NCBI GenBank assembly: GCA_030704615.1
Contig: CM060732.1
Span: forward strand, 81,964,001 to 82,028,000
DNA length: 64,000 bases
Reading direction: 5' to 3'
Origin: Takakia lepidozioides
Lineage: Eukaryota > Plantae > Bryophyta
Of this stretch, positions 57,362 through 64,000 are shown piece after piece; positions within the stretch are counted from its first letter, which is position 1; each line of letters opens with the position of its first letter. The position numbers were made by a program, and so were the translations under genes. The notes under the pieces are model-generated. The model did not search any database. It saw only the letters and a program-made list of their open reading frames with translations, and had not been told where the DNA came from.

Positions 57362-60300
57362 ATGGTGTGGGGCATGGACGCGGTGCGGGGCTTGGCGCAG
57401 GATGCGCAGTGCGTGGCATCAATGTGGCTGCGGGGGATCCAGGGCAAGTCGCACAAGGAGCGCCTCGAGTTTTTTTACGGTCCGCAAGCGCATGCTTGTG
57501 AGTGTTTTCTCGGCCTGCTTGTCTATACATCGCTTGCTTCGTCAATGCCGGTGTGAGTGGGAGCTCAGGGGCCGGTTAGGATGGATTTTCTTACTGTAGA
57601 GTGAGCGTATGAATCTTGTTAGGTGCGGTGTTTCTTAATCAGCTGAATGTGAGTAGTTTGCGAGCTGAGGAGGTATTCACCTACAGCTGCACCATTTGAG
57701 GTGCCAGAAGCCGGATCGAGTTGGTTGTGGTAGAGTGGATGTGTGAATCTTGTTTGATGAGTTTCTTGTCTGAGCTCATTGTGAGGAGTGTGGATGATTT
57801 CTGAGGCTCGCACCTTTATGCAGCTGAGAACGTGTCAGTGGATGTTCGCTGGAAATGGTGTCATTGGCAGATGACAGATTTCGGGCGAATTTTTTGCACG
57901 GACGGCGGCCAATGCTGACAGCTTGCACGGCGCGCTTGCGGGGGGCGACGGGAATGACCTGGGTAGATATGGGGGGAGGCACAGCAGAGAACGTGGATAT
58001 GATGTCGAAGCTCATCGATCTCTCAGCGTTTGATAGGATCTATGTAGTGGATATATGCTCTGCTCTGTGTGAGGTCGCGCGTGAGAAAGTGAGGCGACGA
58101 GGCTGGCACAATGTTATTGTGGTTGAAGGAGATGCGTGCACTTTCAAGCCTGCTACTCCTGCCACGCTCATCACTTTCTCCTATTCATTGTCGAGTGAGT
58201 TGACGACCCGAAAGATCCCTACACGATGCTTGCTTAGAGAGAACGGTGGCATTGTGTCCTTCACGGGAATCATCCCTCTTTACTGGTAACCGTCTATTTT
58301 CGGTGCAGTATTTGTGGAGTAACTCTATTGCTTTATCTGTGCTGCAGTGATCCCAGACTTCATGGCAGCCATTGACAATGCACTGTCCCACTTAGCTGAG
58401 GATGGGATTGTTGGTGTGGCCGATTTCTACACTTCTGCGAAATATGACCTTCCAAACCGCCAGCACTCCTACCTGCAACGGTGGTTTTGGCGCAGCGTCT
58501 TCGATGTCGATGGCATTGGTTTGTTCAATTTCTTCTCCTCTCCCCGGTTTTCACTTCCGGATCTCTACTGGCAAACAGCCTTTACTGCTGCTTGCACTAG
58601 TAGCTCTGTCTGCTATCTCACATTCCATGTGTTAACTACGGCTACAGGGCCTGCTTGTCTACGATTTGCCATTGGGCGATATTCTGAAATAGTGCTTCAT
58701 AAGTTAAGACGTTGCCAAAAAGGGCCTTTCTATTTTTAGCGACCTCCTTGGACTGAGAAACGTCCCATTTTTAGCGACCTCCTGGACTGAGAAACGTCCC
58801 GGAAATTCCACGATTCGCCCGAGGGTTCACATTCTGGCCACAGTCTCTGGCAGGTGTGTCAACTCTAAGACAGCTTTCCAGGATTTTTGACCCCGGCCCG
58901 GGGAAGAGGTGTCTCAAGTCTTTCAGGCCAGGAGGACTTTACCTCTTACTTAACCTTCCAGTGATGCTTCAAGAGAAGTTGAATTTTGGTTGAGTCTAAC
59001 GGATTGGCTTGTTTATCCAGACTTGGGACCTGAAAGGCGCCTATACCTGGAGTACAGGTTTGAACCAGGTATGAATACATTTTTATGTTGACTGTGTTGC
59101 ACAGAGATCCGTGTCAAGTCAAATCTATTGTTTAACTGCCTAATATTGATCTAGAGGAACTCTCCTCAGCCCTAAGAATTCTAGGTCAAATGTTGCTGAA
59201 TTCTGGCTGTTTTTAAAGCTAGTGTCTCTTATGGGTCAGGTATGTGGTCAAGTCATTTCTTGGACAAACTTGAGTGATTCAATAATGCTTGTGCAGTGTT
59301 CGAATTCAATGCTCGTGGAAAGATTCCATATGTACCTGTCCTACAAGCTCCCTACTTTCAATGGATTGGTTGCCGCCGAGACAATACAAGTTAGTGGAAC
59401 TATTCCTGCTACCTTAACATTGCAGACTGTTTGGTAATGCTTATGCACATGATCTTCCAGCGGTGACTGCATGCATGCTTGTCCTGGGGGGCTGGAGGTG
59501 GATAGATTTGAAAACCTCTATTGGTTTCTTCCTGCACATGTTAAATCCAGCACTGTCCGTGTGCTCAATAATCACAAGATTTCTAGTGTAGAGGTGGGGA
59601 ATGGTAGACTGAAGCTGGTTTGTGAGTACTAATAGGTGGTATGCCGTATGGGGCAGAGGAATTGGGAGGGAGACAATGTGAATATTTAAATATGGCTCGT
59701 ATCATCTCTCTGCGAATGATTTTGATAATATTTCAGCTTTCTACTTTAACATAGTAGTTAGTCATTCACCAAATTTGTGCTCTGCTCATATGCTGGAACC
59801 TGTTGTGTTACAGAGGTCAATTTGACACGCTTTCCATCTAGAGCGTCAGATGAATTCAAGGCCAGGAGGCCACCTAAGTTTCCACCAACTTTCCTTTACT
59901 CCCTGTCATGGGAAGATCCACGGGAGGATGACAAGGTGTTGAACATCAGCTCAGATGACACTGTTCTCACACTCACGTCTGGAGGCTGCAATGCCTTGGA
60001 CCTTGTTCTTCAGGTAACATGTGTAACTTTTTCCATACTTTTTCATGTTTAATGACCCCAGCATTGACTGGACAACACTTCTCAGCTGTTACCAGGCCCT
60101 CTCTAGTCCAAAGACATTGGAATTTGTTTTGTCTTTGAAGATATGGTTTTCAATATGATGTATCTTACATTTGTCACTCGTCAATACAGGGTGCAGGTCA
60201 AGTTGTTGCGGTTGATATCAACCCAGCACAGAGCCATCTGCTGGAGCTTAAAAGAGCTGCTATTATTCGGTACGGCTTCTTATGTCAACATATGAATTAT

Positions 60301-63300
60301 ATCTGCTATTTCTTCTAATGATCAGCACTTTTGGATGCAAACTTATCAGCAGACTCACTAGTTTTACGAAGTTGCAGCAATTTTTGCCATATTACTGCTG
60401 CATTATTTCTTCAAAGTTGATTGGAGCTAAGTATTTGGCTGTGTTGCAGGTTAAGTTATGAAGACGTATGGTTAATGTTTGGAGAGGGGGTGCACCCTAA
60501 ATTTCGGTCACTTTTCGAAAGAGAGATTGCCCCTTTCTTGAGTCAGGGAGCATCTACTTTCTGGTTAGTACCACTATTCTACTGTATATGTTCTAGCATT
60601 GAACATGGTAGTGACTTCACGCTCTGGAAATCTGATTCTAAATTTCTCTCTTCTCAGGTCAAAGAGAAGACGATACTTCAAGAATGGGTTGTACTACCAT
60701 GGTCAGTATTCTGATTTCACCGTTCTGTTTGTTATTCACAATTTGGATGTGTCCTCTGTAGGGAAGTCCTTGATAAAGTGAGCAACTGAGGAACTGTGGC
60801 TGAATGGAGTTGGATGTCTGTCTGGATCAGGTGGTATGGGTCGGCTCATCCGTGCTGTACGTGCTCTTGCAAAAATAACACGCAAGGTATATGTTTGCGG
60901 TTGTCTTTTCCATCTCACAGCGCTGTATGCACTCTAGCTAAAGTAATGCGCTCGGGTTACATGTGTGATTTTCTCATTTGCAGCGCAATATAGAACTGAA
61001 CTTCAATTTACAGTATTAGAGTCTTAGCAAACCTCTCGGTGCTGACTTGAGTTCTGGATGTGCAGCAACACTGGCTTGATAGTCTTGTAAATGCACCCAC
61101 GCTTGAGAAACAGAAAGAGCTCTGGTGATTATCCATCTCTTTTATTGTTGTGTGTATGTTAGAGATTAGTGCCTATTGCAGCAGTGCTGGTGTTGATAGT
61201 CTTGCTGGGCATCAAGCCTACACCAACTTGAACTCAAAATCAAGTCCCTCTATCACTTTGTCATTGAGTGCTGTGTAGGTATTTCTGAGATTTGAAACCC
61301 TAACCCCACAACTTGCCTCCAGCAGGGTTGATATCTCATAGGTTATATCATAGCCAAGGAGTGACAATGAACACATTTTCACCTTATCCACTCTGTATCA
61401 AGGGTCATACTCTGTTCCCTTTGCCTTTGTTAAAGCTAGAGCTGGTTCCTTCCAGGATGATGTGGATGCCAGCCCATAAATCACCACTCATCTACCCCCT
61501 TGGCAAGATTCTTATTGTCTGTGTGTGAGAGCTATCAGAACTCAATAACTCAATGTTGGTATCTTTTGTATGGAGCTCAGAAGATATGTGGACACTAAGC
61601 TGATAACTAATTGGGTGGGTATGTTGACATTGAACAGGTTTGCAACAGTTGGCAAATGGCTGCTACAGGCAAACGTTATCACGCGCCTGTCAGCCTTCCT
61701 GGTAACTAACCCAGTGGTACTATGGTTCTGTGCTGGTGTCTGCAAGGGTCAACTCGACCTCATTCGCAAGGAGGATAATATTTATCAGTAAGATTTTCTA
61801 TACATTGTGAACAGATTTGTATCTTGGCTGTTTATGTTCTCACACGTGTAGTTCAGATTTGTGTGGAGAGTGTGCTTAGACTTGTTATTACATGTTTGTT
61901 GATGATGAAACTGAAAGCCTGAATGTTTAGAACCATAAACAATACATGTGTCAGGGATTGTTTCTTCAGAAATGCTAGTCACATCATCTTGTGGTTAAGG
62001 GATTAATGACGATTCATCTTTGCTGATTCTGCAGTTACATAGTGCGGTGCTTGAACTCAACAGCTGAGTATTCCCATGTTCGTGACAGGTATAACATTGC
62101 TTCACAGAAGGTTTAAAGGAGTATTGATTGTAAATACCGAGAGATCTGATTCTGACATATCAGTTCTTGAGTAGCTGATCAGTGACATAATTCCTTGTTC
62201 ATAATCCCTTCCCGGGGCTGTTATTTCTAACTTGGGCGGTCTATGGTCACTGATCCCTTCTCTTTACTGTGGTACAGCAACTACTTTTACCGGTGCTGCT
62301 TAACTGGCAAGTTCTCGAGGAATTGCTGTCCTCGATTTCTGGAAGAGGATGCTTTCAAGATCTTAAAGGTGTATATGCTATACTGAGTGAACTATTGTCT
62401 GAAATTTGGGATTCCTGATGAGTAAACTAGCAGTCATAGCATTTTTACACTCTGCTAATGTATGTATGCTATTTGTGTACGCTTTGTTCTAACCAAGGGT
62501 CATATGTGTGTCAATCGTGCCTTTATCGTTGGAGCCAGAGTCATAGATCTTGGACCTACACCACAGTTCTAGGAGATTGGGGCCTCCAGTGATTCAAGGG
62601 TCAGCTGGGTGGCTTAGTACTCTTGTGCAGGATTCCCCTTGTAATGCTCCCAAGTTTTTGTATAAAATGGCTTTTTATCCACAGGTGGAACTGGCAAGCA
62701 AGGAGCGACTGCTTATTCGCACCACCTCATTTGTTGAGGAGTTGAGAAAGCGCATGTATACCAAGGTCTATTGTACAACTTGACATCTGATTGTGGGGTT
62801 TCATGCTTGAAATAATTCTATACTATCCAACATTGTCTTTGTGACCTCTTTGAATTGTATGTACATAATACAGATTGTTGCTTGGTGTAGAATTCTGGAT
62901 GACCTGTGCAATAGACTGTTCGTGTCTCTTTTGAGGCTTACTTCACTTTGACACAATTTGCTTACCATCTGGCCAAGCTTGTTCAAGCTGGGCTTCTACA
63001 TTGCTAGTCAGCTGCAGAGTTGCTGTGTGTGCCTGTCAAGGCTGCTATTTGCAGTGCAGGTAACAGAAAGAGAGAAATGGCGATGCAAGAAGCAGAGGTG
63101 GTTTAGAGGAGGTGAAGTAGCAACTATGAACAGTTACTTTAACAGGAGATCTAAATGAGTTGGACTGAATTCTGGTCAATTGGTACAGGTTATTTTGATG
63201 GACCATGTTGACTGGCTTGAGCAGGATGACATCGACACACTCTGCCAAGCCTTGAAAGATCAAGTGAAGGTAAGACTGACTGGCTGATTTGGGCTCTGCA

Positions 63301-63670
63301 ACATGCTTGACAAAGAATTAGACATGGAAGTGAGCTAAGTGTTTGTACTACATACCATCTAGCAGTTGTGTATTTGTTGATTCTTGCTGCCAGGGCCTTG
63401 GAATAGATGGCTACTTCTACTACCAGCCTCCACATATTATTATTGCATATGTGAATTATCAGGAGGTTGTGGTTGAACTTCCATGTACAACAAGTGAGTT
63501 TGATTTCGACTAGAAGTGAATGGGTCTAGTTCATTTTGAGGAGGCTGAGGGAGTATAATTCTTAAATGCTCCAATCCACAATTCTATGCAGCCTGGAGGC
63601 CGGGTAATATGGCGCAGTGCTTCACGCCGTCCAGGGTATGCAAAATACATTGAGAAAGCTGGATTTGAAG
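57362..63670 (+). CDS. BTA1: Betaine lipid (DGTS) synthase, bifunctional BtaB methyltransferase + BtaA (DUF3419); many short exons, continues beyond the window
   Basis: HKERLEFFYGPQAHA|YDRFRANFLHGR..WVDMGGGTAENV..IYVVDIC..LITFSYSLS|MIPDF..GVADFY..|DLGPERR..|..FLYSLSWEDP..VLTLTSGGCNAL|..VDINPAQSHLLELK|..W.MFGEGVHP|..NYFYRCCLTGKF..|VILMDHVDW|PGGRVIWRSA. First exons: 57362-57497, 57871-58194, 58348-58518, 59021-59068, 59297-59389. Confidence 0.93.
58732..58800. repeat. ~35-bp tandem duplication in a BTA1 intron
   Basis: atttttagcgacctcct(t)ggactgagaaacgtccc occurs twice. Confidence 0.92.
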
Positions 63671-64000
63671 GTGAGTGTCTGTTCTAGAATGGCAGTTGCA
63701 TTGGGCATAGAGGGGTATAATCAGTATAAAATAAGGTTTGCAGAGCTTCCCAGTGGGGATGACCTGAAATGCCTCCTAGGCATTTCGGAGCTTCTTTGGC
63801 TGATAGATGCTGGAGCAAGTCATTCAGCATGGGCCTATTGGACCACACTGGCGTCACCTAAGAAGTTGGGTGGGTGCATGTCTTTTTGACAGGAAATTGG
63901 GCGTAGCAAATGGCAGAGCTAGTGTTTCATTCTTTCATTTCATTAGTGTTTCATTTGCACTATCTGGATGAATATTATGGCATGGCACTCATATAACTAT

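Overview
Eukaryotic nuclear DNA from a non-seed land plant, probably a bryophyte. This is inferred from expanded intronless PLS-type PPR RNA-editing genes, a flagellar enkurin gene and the betaine-lipid synthase BTA1. Layout: (1) 1-11 kb is a cluster of three PLS-class PPR genes or pseudogenes interleaved with a LINE RT fragment, a Crypton/DUF3504-like fragment and an inverted duplication. (2) 11-22 kb is decayed repeat sequence containing a Mug135_C-like remnant and an intact enkurin ORF. (3) 23-47 kb holds two spliced Polycomb-associated regulators in tandem on the minus strand, a VAL/HSI2-like B3 gene and a VIN3-like gene. (4) 49-64 kb holds a GT61-family glycosyltransferase, an orphan DYW-domain remnant, a tandem repeat, a clean hAT MITE and a multi-exon BTA1 gene running off the right end. 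The most striking observation is that every PPR gene in the cluster carries, between a putative transit peptide and the PLS array, one or two copies (or a remnant) of a ~50-aa motif, 'DPSRWWDN..K.HP..(P/R)DFKHK.T.E.(L/I)WI.....P.WV..QL'. It matches the PDF single-stranded-DNA-binding motif of plant OSB proteins. This gives a candidate PDF-PLS-DYW architecture, an ssDNA-binding module fused to a programmable C-to-U deaminase, which I do not know to be described. All family assignments come from manual translation and motif recognition; no searches were run.
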